DNA of 64,000 nucleotides, from NCBI GenBank assembly GCA_965113315.1, contig OZ220364.1; one strand, given 5' to 3'. Shown piece after piece: positions 50,112 to 63,632 of the stretch. The translations under genes were made by a program, and so were the position numbers. Under the pieces are notes generated by a model. The model worked only from the letters and a program-made list of their open reading frames with translations, did no database searches and was not told where the DNA came from. Origin of the DNA: Podarcis vaucheri (taxonomy: Eukaryota). How positions within the stretch are numbered: the first letter of the stretch is position 1; each line of letters begins with the position of its first letter.

Positions 50112-50258
50112 CTTTTCTCCACCTTTCACATTGAGGCTGAGGTCTTTCAGCACCAAGTCCAAGCCTTTCCTGTACCTTACAGAATAGTTTGCAAACTCCA
50201 CTTCGCCCCGAGTGGGCCAGTCTTCTGGTGGTCTTTTGTCTTCGATTATCCAGGGAGC
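50112..50258 (-). CDS. ABCC3: ABCC3 exon ~27
   Basis: APWIIEDKRPPEDWPTRGEVEFANYSVRYRKGLDLVLKDLSLNVKGGEK; 147 nt. Confidence 0.96.
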
Positions 50259-50352
50259 CTAGAGGAGAGAAAGAATTACAGCGCACAGTAGAGAAAGAAT
50301 TACAGCACACACACACTGTTTCCAGAAGGAACACTTCTCATTCAGACTATTA

Positions 50353-50463
<111 letters not shown>

Positions 50464-50535
50464 CTAAGAAACAACAACATGTTACCTGTTTGAGAAAAGT
50501 ACTGTCACAAATAAATAAATATATTAACCATCATA

Positions 50536-50537
<2 letters not shown>

Positions 50538-50583
<46 letters not shown>
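50538..50583. repeat. (TG)n microsatellite
   Basis: About 23 perfect units. Confidence 0.97.
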
Positions 50584-50585
<2 letters not shown>

Positions 50586-51837
50586 ACACCCACAGAGCAA
50601 AGGTGGTGCCCATTGGTGTTCAACTAGACTCCCTCTCAGCCCCAGCTGGTGTGGCCAAGAGTCAGGGATGATGGGAGTTGCAGCCCAACAGCAACTGGAA
50701 GGCACCAGACTGGCCTCTCCTGCTACAGACCATCCTTGAAATCCAGGGTTGAAATTCAGCTGACATTACGCTGAGCTGAACACAAACCATAACAGGTGAA
50801 GCTTTGAGAAATTAGGAAGTTCTGATATCATCCCCATTTGTATTGCTCACCTTTTGGACCCAGAAGAAAGCAGAACAGGAACATAATGGGGGTGGAATGG
50901 GGCAGGGTGCGCTTATGTGCGCTCAGATGATACGCATGGGGGCTGGGAATGCAGCCCCCACCCTACCCACCCCCCACGCAAAATGGCCCATCGCCTCTTT
51001 AATGTCTCAGAAGACATCACCTTTCTTCAGCTGCTTCCCCTCCTTCATAGAAGGATACGCCAATAAGAAGAAGGAAATACTGTAGCTTCCCATGCTTACA
51101 ACATCACCATTTGGGTAAGCCTAATATTCCAGCATCTAATTTTATTGCAAATCCCTACAAGGAAATGAGCGTGCACACAGTACCTTCAATTTCCCTGAAA
51201 CCTTTGAGGGCTTATTATAAACTATCAAAGGTATCGCTATTTCTTCTATTCCACTGAATATAAATGCACCGTGGTAGAATTCATTGCTTTGCCAATTTTA
51301 ATGTGTGATCCCACTGTTACTTGGGATAGAGATTCAATCAATATGCCTCTCCTTTCTACAAAATCAGCATTCATAGCTTTTAAAGCTGAGAGGCAAAGCT
51401 CAAATCTTCTGATCTGACCAGATGTAATAGTATAGGACCAAGAATTTCACAAAGCAATTTCTCCATCAAAGATTGTTACTTCTGATTGAGGTACGGCAGT
51501 GCACTTTTTAAAGTGAAGCCCACTGTTTTGCTTCAGGATTTCATAGCCATATCGAATCTAACACACCCTTAGTAAAGCTGATGACCCCACACCTTATTGA
51601 AAGGGTGCTTAAATCCCTTGTAGATTGCCTAAACTGATGGCTACCATAATATGCTATCCTTAACTAAATGCCCTGCTGTGGGAAATTTAGCAGAATATAG
51701 TGTTAAAACCTTGGTGTAGTTTCTCCTCAGTTACCAAGAACAAGAAGCACAACACTGCCATCGTAAGCTTCCTGAAGGCTCCCTTCATGCTGCGAGAGCT
51801 GCAATTTCATCTGGCCCCCTCCTCTCTGGAGCTACAT

Positions 51838-52121
51838 GGGGCAGGACCTTTTTCGCTGTGGCACCTTGTTTGTGGAGCTCTCCTCACCCTCCCCAGAGGC
51901 TCACCCAATGGTACCTGTGCCACTATCTTTTAGGCACCAGGCAAAAACTTCTGGTTTTCCTAACCTCTGAAGATATTTTGATTGCCTTGCTGCGAATGGT
52001 GTTTGGTTGTTTTTTTAGCAATCTGTAGTTTACTGTAGTTTTATTGTGTTTTTATTAGTTATTATAAACAGCCCTTGACATTTTGCGTTGGCAGGCAGCG
52101 TAGAAACTGCTAAAATAAATA
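51838..52121 (+). mobile_element. Old L2 3' end
   Basis: Remnant RTFFAVAPCLWSS; TTTAGGCACCAGGCAAAAAC; T-rich UTR; AAATAAATA tail. Confidence 0.45.
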
Positions 52122-52568
52122 TAGGGGCATACATGTGCACATGAGCAGAACCAACTGTGGGAGCCATTCCCAACCAGCTGGCACCCTGCCAGGAGGGAGA
52201 GTGATATTCTTTTCCTCAACCAGAATAAATACTGCTTGCATTCAAATGCACAGATAATGCATTGTTTTCACTCTGCACAGACTCTGATTAACTCTGTGAT
52301 TGGGTTTTTTAATATGGAGGGGAAAATCCCCCAGACATGTAAGCTGACAATTTTAGATGCAATCTTCCAAAAGCATTTCCTTTTATTCCTCGGTTTGTTC
52401 TTTATATTCTTCCCATTTCTCCCAATTTTCTTTCAACCAGTCTTCCACACACCCACACCCTGAGCCCTTATTTGCCTGAAGGGTAGAAATGCTGCAGAAT
52501 TGTGCAATTAAAGCCCAAATGCCTAATGAAAAGGTCACACTATAATGATATTTCAGTTCCGCTGTTCA

Positions 52569-52769
<201 letters not shown>

Positions 52770-52834
52770 TCAAAATGCAACAGATAAAAACAAGTGGGAT
52801 TAACTTTTTTTTTTAAATTCAGAGTTTGATTTTA

Positions 52835-53050
<216 letters not shown>

Positions 53051-53415
53051 TCAAAGGTAGACAGGTAACAAAACAAAACAAAGAGACGTGAAACCTTTTA
53101 GATATTTGACCTGAACTATTAATACACTGTGCCATGTCTGTGTGATTTAAGAGTGAGAAACACCCGGGAAGGGGAGGCATTTCCTATTTCCAACTCTAAA
53201 CCTAGAGACAATTGATCAGACACCAGAATCACATGGTAAAGCTTTTCCTAGACTATCTTACTTTAGTACACAAATAATGCTTGCTCCACCACAAAAACTC
53301 CCTGCGCACAGAAAAACACAATGTCAGGGAGGACAGTCTTCTTCTGAGACATGTGGGCATCTTTGTGCACATGGAATTTATTTTATGGAGAAGCATTGAA
53401 ATATGTAGCCTGAAG

Positions 53416-53674
53416 AAGGAGAAGAAGAAGAGAAGAAGAGTTTGGATTTGATATCCCGCTTTATCACTACCCGAAGGAGTCTCAAAGCGGCTAACAATCT
53501 CCTTTCCCTTCCTCCCCACAACAAACACTCTGTGAGGTGAGTGGGGCTGAGAGACTTCAAAGAAGTGTGACTAGCCCAAGGTCACCCAGCAGCTGCATGT
53601 GGAGGAGCGGAGACGCGAACCCAGTTCACCAGATTACGAGACTACTGCTCTTAACCACTACACCACACTGGCTC
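53416..53674 (-). mobile_element. Squam3-like CORE SINE with (CTT)n tail
   Basis: Minus head GAGCCAGTGTGGTGTAGTGGTTAAGAGC...GGGTTCGCGTCTCC; CORE-like GGGTGACCTTGGGCTAGTCAC; (CTT)n tail; flanking CCTGAAG duplication. Confidence 0.8.
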
Positions 53675-54740
53675 CTGAAGTGAAACAATCTGAAGAAAAG
53701 CACTATCCCTCAATGAGTGCATAAGCAGGCCTCTATGCTGCAACTCTGAGAACGCACCCAATCATCCATTTACTGCCATGTCTACCAGCCAGTCCACTGA
53801 GCTGAGTTTTTAACATTATAATGCAGACATTTGCCACTGTTACAGGATGACTTAAAGAACTATCCTGCACTGGTAGAAAGGCAAGCTTGCCAACAAAAAG
53901 AGCAAAGGGAGGTCCTGCTGTGCAGTTATGATGTTCCTATTGCTGCTTGCTAACGTTTCCTAAGGGCTTGAAAACATTTCTTGATTAACTGGTGCAATTG
54001 ATCTATTCATTTGGTAAATGCAGATTTTCATCATCGTTATTTTTAATCTGAGCTCCCACACAATGCATTTCTTCATTCGGGTAGTGCTTTTAAAATGGGC
54101 TTTAGAGTAGCTGGTCTGTGTAATTTATGCTTAGAGAAACTGTCATTAAAATTTACTCAAAGAGAATGCTCTACCATTTCAATTGTTAAGTGCTCGCTTA
54201 AAAGGGAAGCTGTTAGTCAAATAGAAATATTCACATTCGACTGACAGCCTCGTGGCCTGTGTGTGTGTGTCACTTACGGACTCACTGTTAAGACCGTGTT
54301 ACTTGGCTACGAGTGATCGCCAAAGAAGAAGTAGTGTGTGTTTTGTGTTTGTTCCCAGCAACATGCTATCACAGATTCTGGGGCTTGAATTGGGAACTTC
54401 AGGGGCTGAGATTTAAGGCCTGCAGGTACTTTGGCCCAAAGGCTATTGTTAGATACAAAAGGGAATGTGGTATGGTGAGTTCTAGATGGGTTCTTCATGG
54501 GTGGGTCTAGCTGGCCAAATCTTCTGCCCAAGGTTAAGCACTTTTCCACAGCTGTAACTCTTTCTAGGGGAAAGTTTCCACATGCTTTGAATTGCTCCTT
54601 CAGGGTATGATGGAAGGTGAGGGCACTGCCTCTGGGGTGATTGTTTGTGGATTGACTTGCTCCTAGATGAGAGACTGGAGCTACCCAGGGAAGAGGAGAT
54701 GTGAACTAAGCTGGCTACTACGTGAGAGGCGGAATGCTGC

Positions 54741-54884
54741 AGAATCACAGAACTGTAGAGTTGAAAGGGACCCTGAGGATAAACTAGTCCAATTCCCTGC
54801 AGTGCAAGAGTATGCAGCTGTCTCATACAGGGACCAAAGCCGCAGCCCTGGCATTATCGGCACCATGTTCTAAACAGCTGAGCT
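54741..54884 (-). mobile_element. tRNA-Ile-like-headed SINE with CR1 3' tail
   Basis: Minus: AGCTCAGCTGTTTAGAACATGGTGCCGATAATGCCAGGG... then TTGGACTAG...GGGTCCCTTTCAACTCTACAGTTCTGTGATTCT. Confidence 0.6.
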
Positions 54885-55160
54885 TTTTTAAGAGTATGAA
54901 TTCAATTCATAAATGTATAGTATACCCAGTGTGGTAGGTGGGCACTTGGTTATTTTGCTATTTTATACTGATTTTGATTGGTTGCTTATATTTCTTGTGC
55001 TCTTGTTGAATTTTTCTCTTGTAGTAATATTTTGTCCACCACTTTGGAAGCCTCTGAGCTGGAAGGGAGTATGAAGCCTTGGGGTTCGCAGGCCTGGTAT
55101 CATAAAAGATATATGATTTTCTGCTTGGTCAACAGAGCAACGACCTTGGAGATAACAGAG

Positions 55161-55301
55161 CGGGGTGGGGGGGGAGGGAATATGTGGCCCTCCAGATGTT
55201 GCTGGGCTGCAACTCCCATATTGACCACTAGCCATGCTGGCTGGCGCTGATGGATTTTCAAGTCCAACAACACCTAGAGAGAAATAAGTTCTCCACCTAT
55301 C
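55161..55301. mobile_element. ~140-bp palindromic hAT MITE (other copies at 36971-37111, 44413-44490, 50594-50722)
   Basis: TGTGGCCCTCCAGATGTTGCTGG..CAACTCCCA ... TGATGG...AGTCCAACAACA; self-complementary arms recur four times in the window. Confidence 0.65.
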
Positions 55302-56040
55302 ATAGAGGAAGTCATGGGTTGCCAAAGCAGTGTCCATGGGTGCACCTGCACTGGTTTTATGGGTCAGCATTTGCTAAACTATGTCTAGTTAAAAGCTGTC
55401 TCCAAAAGGAATACCCCTTTGATAGAGGGATGGCTATCTAAAACGGGGGGGGGGGGGGAATGCCTCCATCAATTAAGTTAATGTATTTCACAGAAAGTTT
55501 AACTGATTTATAGGTTGTGATTTGTGAGCTTCTATTTCTCAATGAATGAGAAAGCAAACTTCCCTTAGAATATATGTTCTTACTCTGTGGCATTGCAATA
55601 TTATGCCCTTGCCTGCCTTTTCATTAGTGATTACTTTATAAACAGAACAAAAAAGCAATTAAAAAGAGAGAATGCTTTGAAAACATGCAAGAACTGCTAT
55701 GAAAGGTCCAGAGAGCCACAAGAGTCTTGTCTAAGGCTGCTGGTGAGTTAGCCACCTCTCCTGTTCTATGTCTCCTATTCCCTTCTTGCTGTGCCTAACA
55801 ACAACTAAATGTTGCAAAAGCTATTTTGCAGAATGTAAGAGACTTCAGACAATCCTACTTTGGAACTTCAGCTTCTGCATTCAAAGTAATTGCATCCAGT
55901 ATTCACACACATATTAAGGGATGCACATTTGGGGCTTGAAATACTAAAAAAATAGAAAGATTATGCCAGCCACCTAACATTCTGTTAAAAAAATAAAGAA
56001 AACAAGCAATGAAGCCAAAAAAGGTACTTATCCCAATTAC

Positions 56041-56351
56041 CTGGGCAAAGAAGTATAGGATTGCCAGAGGTATTATAACCACAGCAAAGAGTGGGGTGCT
56101 TGCTATGATCACAATCATCGTTGACACAGAAACAAAGAAGGTTCCTAGGAACATCAAGATAGTTGGCGGTATCACTTCATCAATCACATAGATGTCTTTC
56201 GAGAAGCGGTTGATGATTCGGCCAATTGGAGTTGTGTCATAGAAAGACTGTGGGGTGTGGAGTTTGTTCTCCAGCAATCCGGAGTGGAGAGTACGAGCCG
56301 CTCTGATGCCACCCATTGCCAGAGTAAAAGAGGAGATCAGCACAAAAACCC
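56041..56351 (-). CDS. ABCC3: ABCC3 exon ~23
   Basis: VFVLISSF...PQSFYDTTPIGRIINRFSKDIYVIDEVIP...LAILYFFAQ; 311 nt. Confidence 0.96.
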
Positions 56352-56953
56352 CTGTTTGCAAAAGCGAGAAATAAGCAGAAGACTTGAGTGTACCAATCAC
56401 ATGTGGCCCTGTTCTCATCGTAACTTTGCAACTCCTCTAGCAGGCTATACGAATCAAAAGCATCACCTCGTGCATCACGTGACGGATGGCAGGAGGTTGC
56501 ATGTAGAGAGATTAGACTGTGATTTTTAAATTCTGCAAATATTTTCTGGCTGGTTTGATTGTAATTTTATATGATATGACTTTTGATCAATTTTGTTTAC
56601 TAAAGGGCAGGATATACATCTTACAACTAAATAAATAAACCAACTTTTATTGTGCAAGGAGCAATGTAGACATCCCTATTTATGATATAGGAATATTTGT
56701 TCCTAGGGTAGAATTCGACTTTGTGTTGCAAAAAAATTAAGCTTGCCAGACAGAATGATACAATTAAACTTCTGGCTCTTCACTGTTTTCCTCTGTTCCT
56801 TTCAATCCATTTACCTGAGAATGCCATCAGACCTTTGTCCTAGACCACTGTTTAAGAACCACCAGTATATTCCATACCACACACCATTTCCTCTAGCTCC
56901 GCTAGCAAGGTGTATTTACATCTATAGGAGCAGTAGCAAATAATACACTTAAC

Positions 56954-57161
56954 CTTGCAAGAGACCCAGGGCAGCATAGACTCCGACTCGCTTGCCCACG
57001 TTGCGCTGAGTGCCATTTATTACCGGTTCATTGGTCCAGTCACTGAGCCACACGTTGGCCCCGACTGCAGAAGCATTTTGACAGCAATACAGGAAACATA
57101 TAAATAAAGAAACTAGGGGGCCAACAGCCTTCATGTATTGCCAGAAAACAGTCAGCTTGAC
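56954..57161 (-). CDS. ABCC3: ABCC3 exon ~22 (start of TMD2)
   Basis: VKLTVFWQYMKAVG...GANVWLSDWTNE...RVGVYAALGLLQ(G); 208 nt. Confidence 0.95.
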
Positions 57162-57670
57162 CTGCAGTTTGAGACGAAATAGAGTTTGTTTAGTTTATAA
57201 AAACCAATGCCTTTAATTTCACAGAAAAACTGGCCACTTGCCAGAGTCAGAATTTGTGCACAGAGTGAACTAGGAATCACCCACATGAAATCACATTATG
57301 CAGGCATTCATGAAGGCAGAAAATGTGGCTGCAACAGAAGGATGTCCAGAGTAGAGGTATCATATGTAAAACACAGAACTGTTATAGAAATAGAAACAAT
57401 ATATAGCCAGGGAGGATTCATACTTGATGACTCTAAATAAAGAAGAGTCCCATGTAATGGGGAAAAGTATATATGTGCTCTGTGTCAAAGAGCAGTGAGA
57501 AAATGTTAAGTGGTGTTTCAATATATTATTGGGAAAGCCCTTTCAGTCAACTGCAGCCAACCTTCAAAGGACCACATCTGACTGATGGGCAAGGCTACCC
57601 ACCCAGAAGCTCTCCACTGCCACAAATCATGCAGCTGAGTTTCCTGCATTTGTCTGCTCCTATGCTAGGT

Positions 57671-58033
57671 GAAGGTAAAGGTAAATGTAAAGGGACCCCT
57701 GACCATTAGGTCCAGTCGTGACCGACTCTGGGGTTCCGGCGCTCATCTCGCTTTATTGGCCGAGGGAGCCGGCGTACAGCTTCTGGGTCATGTGGCCAGC
57801 ATGACTAAGCCGCTTCTGGCAAACCAGAGCAGCGCACGGAAACGCCGTTTACCTTCCCGCTGGAGTGGTACCTATTTATCTACTTGCACTTTGATGTGCT
57901 TTCGAACTGCTAGATTGGCAGGAGCAGGGACCGAGCAACGGGAGCTCACCCCGTTGCGGGGATTTGAACCACCAACCTTCTGATCAGCAAGTCCTAGGCT
58001 CTGTGGTTTATCCGACAGCGCCACCCACGTCCC
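57671..58033 (-). mobile_element. Sauria SINE (Squam1), full length
   Basis: Shares the core GGAAACGCCGTTTACCTTCCCGC...TACCTATTTATCTACTTGCACT with the 45.7-kb copy; (ACCTTT)n tail; TSD (C)TCCTATGCTAGGT at 57657-57670 and 58033-58046. Confidence 0.9.
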
Positions 58034-58117
58034 TCCTATGCTAGGTACTTTTTAATAAATTAGGAAACATCTTTGAAGAAGTAAAGTGTCCTTATTGTTT
58101 AAGCAAACCTTTCTTAC

Positions 58118-58265
58118 CGTGCCAGTTTCAGCAGTTTCTGCCTCAATGAGTTTGTTAGGACTTTTCTTGGGTTGAGTTGTCTCAGGTGGCTTTTTCTCAC
58201 ACACTCTTCTTTTCATTGACATTTTACCAGGGCATTCCCCATCTGAAGATATTACACTGAGCTCT
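58118..58265 (-). CDS. ABCC3: ABCC3 exon ~21 (linker)
   Basis: ELSVISSDGECPGKMSMKRRVCEKKPPETTQPKKSPNKLIEAETAETGT; 148 nt. Confidence 0.9.
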
Positions 58266-58400
58266 CTGTGTTTTATGTATTAAAATGGGTGGGGTGGAGG
58301 AGAAAAATAAGAATTATGGTAATTACGCAGCTGAATGACAGAACAGGCAAGTTCGCTCAATTTCTGTAGTAACGCCTTTAAAGAGAGGTTCAGGGTTTAC

Positions 58401-58503
58401 CTTAGGAATTGCTTACGGACTTCGTTTGTCACTGGTTCATTGTCTGCCAGATCTATGTGGTTGCTGAGTGTGTCTTCAGCAAGCAGGACCTCCTCATCTT
58501 CCA
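58401..58503 (-). CDS. ABCC3: ABCC3 exon ~20 (linker)
   Basis: MEDEEVLLAEDTLSNHIDLADNEPVTNEVRKQFL(R); 103 nt; phases match neighbours. Confidence 0.9.
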
Positions 58504-59241
58504 CTAATGCAATGGGATAGGAAATCTTTAGCTTATTTTGGCTTTTTGCTGAGCCAATCTTTTAGAAAGGTTTTGCTGAGTGTACAGCTTCCCAAGCCAC
58601 AAAAAAGACTGAAAATCAAGAAGGAAGTTCAACTCTTTAGGGAAATTTAAGAGGGCTTCGGTGTGTTTGGGTTTCTAGGCAATATCTGAATAATCAGGCC
58701 TGGGATGCCAGCTTTGACACAAGGAGTGGGGCTAATAGGGTCCCGTGATACAGCATTGTGAACCTTGTGAATTATAACTAGTATACGTGCAAGCATGTCT
58801 GGAAAGAAATAGGATTGACTGATGATTCCATGGCATTATAATTATACAAGTGTAATGAGGAGGTGGGGGAAGAAGGTAAAGAAAAGCCCCATCTCAAGGA
58901 AAAACCAACCTACCAACCTACAGCTAGCTACTTCCAGTCCTAATTCTTAATCACAGCCTTTCCCCCTAGTAGTAAACAGAGTGATGGCACTGACTAGACC
59001 AGGTTGCAAGGATCCCCTGGTCCACTCAGTTTCAATTCTCTACAAAAATGGGGGTGGGGAACCCCAAATGTTCTTGAATAGTAGGCATCTTTGTCATCGT
59101 CCCCCCAAGTTTTTTTAAGGGCTACATTTATACATATATGGGAAAGTGCTCATCACTTTGTATGCTTTTTATTTTTAAAAAAGATTTAAACACAGTTCCA
59201 AACTGCTCCTAGCATTTCAATCTGGCATGAGGTAACTACTA

Positions 59242-59493
<252 letters not shown>

Positions 59494-59950
59494 TCAGGCG
59501 ATACTCATCCTGCTTTTGTTTTAGCAAGGTAAGAATTAAAACAGGCAGTTTGTCAAGAAGCTGCAATTTGCGATTACAGCAAACAGTCGTGGAAGAATGA
59601 AACCAGTTAGAAGCCATCTAAGCCTGAACAAAATAGGATTGCTTTTCTAGCTGCACGTTAGTGCAAAGCTGCTGCTATAAAGCAACATATGACTGAGAAT
59701 GGGGAAGTGGGCTTTTTGGGTGGCAAAGGAGGCCAACTTCCACACTAAACATGTTCTGAGATCATGGCTTACATAGTTTCAATCATTTCTACTTTTAATA
59801 ATTTTAGGGGGGCTAGAAACTCTCTCTGTCCCTTCCCTTCCCTTACCAAAAGAAAAGCAAAGTTTCACACAATTCTACATGTGCCACCATGTTCTTGTAC
59901 AGTACTATGCTGAAATGACTGCAGACATGGAGAATTTTAGATGTTTGTTA

Positions 59951-60163
<213 letters not shown>

Positions 60164-60617
60164 TTAAATTCAACACTACTATCAGCTTCAGAAGGAGCAG
60201 GGTGAAAAAAAACAACTACAATATCTGTATGGTCAATAGCTCAAACATTCTATTACAATGTCCATGGGCTGTTTGTTATAAATCAATGGATGTTGACCTA
60301 AAGTAAAAAATATTAGAGACAGTCCCTGTGAAGAAACGGTGGAGAAATTTAAATGTAAAAATGTTGCTTGTGACAGTTTTCTTGCAGTTAACTGAAGGGG
60401 GGTGGTACTCCTAGCCATTGTGCAAGAGATGCATTGTATTGGGGTTCAAGTGGCAATGACAGTGTTCCTGAAGATGGTTAGCACATCTGATGATGGTTAT
60501 CTTGGGAGATTTCAGCTATATCAAGTTGTTTACAGAACACTGCTTTTATATGATCCAGTGGAAATCAAAAAGGTCAGAATATGATAGGTCCTTTTGTGGA
60601 CATTCCATTCAGATCCA

Positions 60618-61357
60618 CAGTATTGGCCCGAATATAAGCCGCACCCACTAATAAGCCGCACCTTTAAAATTCAAGGGGAAAAGAGAAAAGACGACAATAC
60701 CCGGAAAGTTACAATAGCTAAAATAGCAAATCGCTATTCAATTGCTCCAATAATAATAATTTATTATTTATACCTTGCCCATCTGGCTGGGTTTCCGCAG
60801 CCACTCTGGGCGGCTTCCAACTGAATATTAAAATACAATAGTCCATCAAACATTCAAAGCTTCCCTAAACAGGGCTGCCTTCAGATGTCTTCTAAAAGTC
60901 TGGTAGTCTTTGACATCTGGTGGAAGGGCATTCCACAGGGCGGGTGCCACTACCGAGAAGGCCCTCTGCCTGGTTCCCTGTAACTTGGCTTCTTGCAGTG
61001 AGGGAACCGCCAGAAGGCCCTCGGCGCTGGACCTCAGTGTCCGGGCACAATGATGGGGGTGGAGACGCTCCTTCAGGTATACTGGACCGAGGCCGTTTAG
61101 GGCTTTAATGCTCAGCACCAACACTTTGAAATGTGCTCGAAAATGTACAGTTTTGCAGGCACTCACACCCCTTAATGGCAAATGTAGAAGAAAATCCTGC
61201 GGGTACTAGAGAGGACCCACAAGTGGGTTAAACAGTCTCAAGCTTGCAAATTGGCAAGAAAACATTTTTTGTTCTGTTTTACCATATGTCTGTTTCAGCA
61301 GCGATATCGTAAAAGCCAATTTTTGTAAGGTCGCGGCTTATATTCAAGCCAATATGG
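60618..61357. mobile_element. Mariner/pogo-type non-autonomous element hosting the L2 insertion
   Basis: TIRs CAGTATTGGCCCGAATATAAGCCGC and (reverse complement) CCATATTGGCTTGAATATAAGCCGC, 21/25 identical; TA on the right flank, CA on the left. Confidence 0.7.
60749..61150 (-). mobile_element. L2 LINE 3' end, relatively young
   Basis: ORF2 C-terminus FRAHFKVLVLSIKALNGLGPVYLKERL...RTLRSS...RAFSVVAPALWNALP...FRRHLKAALF, short 3' UTR and (ATT)n tail. Confidence 0.88.
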
Positions 61358-61533
61358 TATTAGTCCATAATTATAGGCCAATGGTGTTCTGAAACTCCAG
61401 TGAACCTGGTGATTCGTTGCAGGGTTCTGGCTGGAGAGGGCAGGCTTAGCACTGAGGTCAGTCAAGCCAGTCAGCTTGACCGCATCTGGGAAGGTTGTGA
61501 AGACACTTAGTGAGGAATGACTTGTGTCCTTTA

Positions 61534-61758
<225 letters not shown>

Positions 61759-61860
61759 CTAAAAGGAGGTATCAAAAACATACATAAAGCAGATCAGTTT
61801 GCAAGCCACAAATATTTTCCAAATGCTCAAAATGGATACAATGCTGTACTGTGAACCAAC

Positions 61861-61987
61861 CTTCACGGCCACGTTCCCATGGAGCTTCTCCATGTCTCCA
61901 AGAAGAGCAGACACCAAGGATGACTTCCCACAGCCAACATGTCCAACAACAGCCACCAAAGAACCACTAGGGACCAACCAATTGATG
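61861..61987 (-). CDS. ABCC3: ABCC3 exon ~16 (NBD1 Walker A)
   Basis: [42 protein letters not shown]|gttggt; 127 nt. Confidence 0.95.
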
Positions 61988-62959
61988 CTGTAGGGAGTAA
62001 AAGAAGGTAAAACTGAGGATGGACTAATTTGCTGACCAAAATAAAAATAAAAATGGAACTAGTTAATGTAAAGATAATAAAGCCAAGCAGAATCCTGTGG
62101 CATCTTAAAAATATTGTGACATAAGCTTTTGTAGGTCATAACTGATGTTATCAGATCTTTTGAGCTGTTTTTATTGCACCAGACTTAAGATAGCTGCTCT
62201 CTGGAATTTCCATCATAAAGTAAAAAACATGTCTGTCTTTCTTTACGTGCTGTGTTTAAGCACAAGGTATGTACTCTTCTTGGCAGGAATTCAACACAGC
62301 ATTCCACCAGAGATTCTGTTTAATCAGCTTTCCCCAGATTTGGTCATGTGGTCAGGGAAAGAATGACTGGAGAGTTAATGCCTTCAGAAGAGGGAAGCCT
62401 GAAAGATGTCATGACAACACATAGGAGTCTCATAGCCAGCTTAAAAAAATAAAGAGACACAATTAGATTCAATTTGTAGTGAGTTGCAAAGAGCTCCCTA
62501 CCATTTCCCAGCTGACCTTTTTCAACTTTGGGTCATATGTCCCTTTTTGTAGGTGTTCAGCTGAATGAGATTTTACTTTTGCAGTGGTGCACTAAAACAG
62601 AGCCATGATTTATTTACTTACTTGCACATGTTCCTGTTGCAAGTCACCACATTTCATAAGTTTTCTGTGTGCGCACTAGATTTGATGAGTCATGACTTGG
62701 ACAAATACCAAAGCTTTTCACAAGACAATTTCAAGGCACTAAGAAGTGCTGAAAAAGTCTACTCATGCTGACTTGGCATCTGAAAGGCAGTCATGTGTCC
62801 CTCCTCCACCCGTAGGTTCCCAGATGCCTTAAGCATATAGGCTGCCTGTAATTTGTGCCTAGATTAAGATAGTAACTGTCTTGGCAGCTGCATGTAATGC
62901 TGGCAGAGATACTGCCAGATACATTTGGCAGAGAATTTTTTTAATGCTTTCCCCATGTT

Positions 62960-63111
62960 TAGGGTTGCCACACATCCAGATTTTCCCAGACAATACCAGG
63001 ATTTCAGTGACGTCCAGAGGGAATTTCCGAAAAGCGGTCGAAAAATCTCTCTTTTTTGCTCAACAATTTGCTTGTGTTCTGATTTTCGCTTCTTGAACTA
63101 TGGCAACCCTA
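62960..63111. mobile_element. hAT (Blackjack-like) MITE
   Basis: Perfect 11-bp TIR TAGGGTTGCCA...TGGCAACCCTA; flanks CCATGTTT (last T shared with the TIR) and CCAAGTTT. Confidence 0.7.
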
Positions 63112-63419
63112 CCAAGTTTGTTTTTTCTTTGCTAGGTCTGCATATATTCTGCACATTAGTGTTATTAGTGTTATTACTGGACAGGAGCAAGGAATATGGG
63201 GCAACCATATTTACATTTTGAAAATGCAAAATTTCAGTGTATAAAGCAAACAAAAAGCAAAAAGCAGAAACAAGCATGGACACAATCCAGTCAAAGCTGC
63301 ACACTTATATGTCCCATTAATTCTAGGTGACCATGTGTTTAATTATACCCTTGAATACTGAATACTGATGTCTGCTCTTGCCCCATATTTGGCAAATTTA
63401 TGGAACTGTTTAAAAAAAA

Positions 63420-63507
63420 AAGTAAAGGACCCCTGACAGTTAAGTCCAGTTGCAGACGACTCTGGGGTTGCAGTACTCATCTTGCTTTACAGGCCGAGGG
63501 AGCTGGC
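63420..63507 (-). mobile_element. Sauria SINE 3' fragment (5'-truncated)
   Basis: GTAAAGGACCCCTGACAGTTAAGTCCAGT...CTCTGGGGTT...GGCCGAGGGAGC matches the tail of the 57.7-kb copy. Confidence 0.8.
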
Positions 63508-63565
63508 TTCAAGGTATAAGCAGTAAGGAAATTCAAATATGTACAAGTGAGTAAAGCTTGCTTAC

Positions 63566-63632
63566 TCTTTCAGAGCTGGCTCAAGATCCTTTGCCCAGCT
63601 GAATGTTCCATCTCTTACAGTAACAGCATACC
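63566..63632 (-). CDS. ABCC3: ABCC3 (MRP3), approx. exon 15; upstream exons lie outside the window
   Basis: GYAVTVRDGTFSWAKDLEPALK(D); 67 nt; start of NBD1. Confidence 0.92.
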
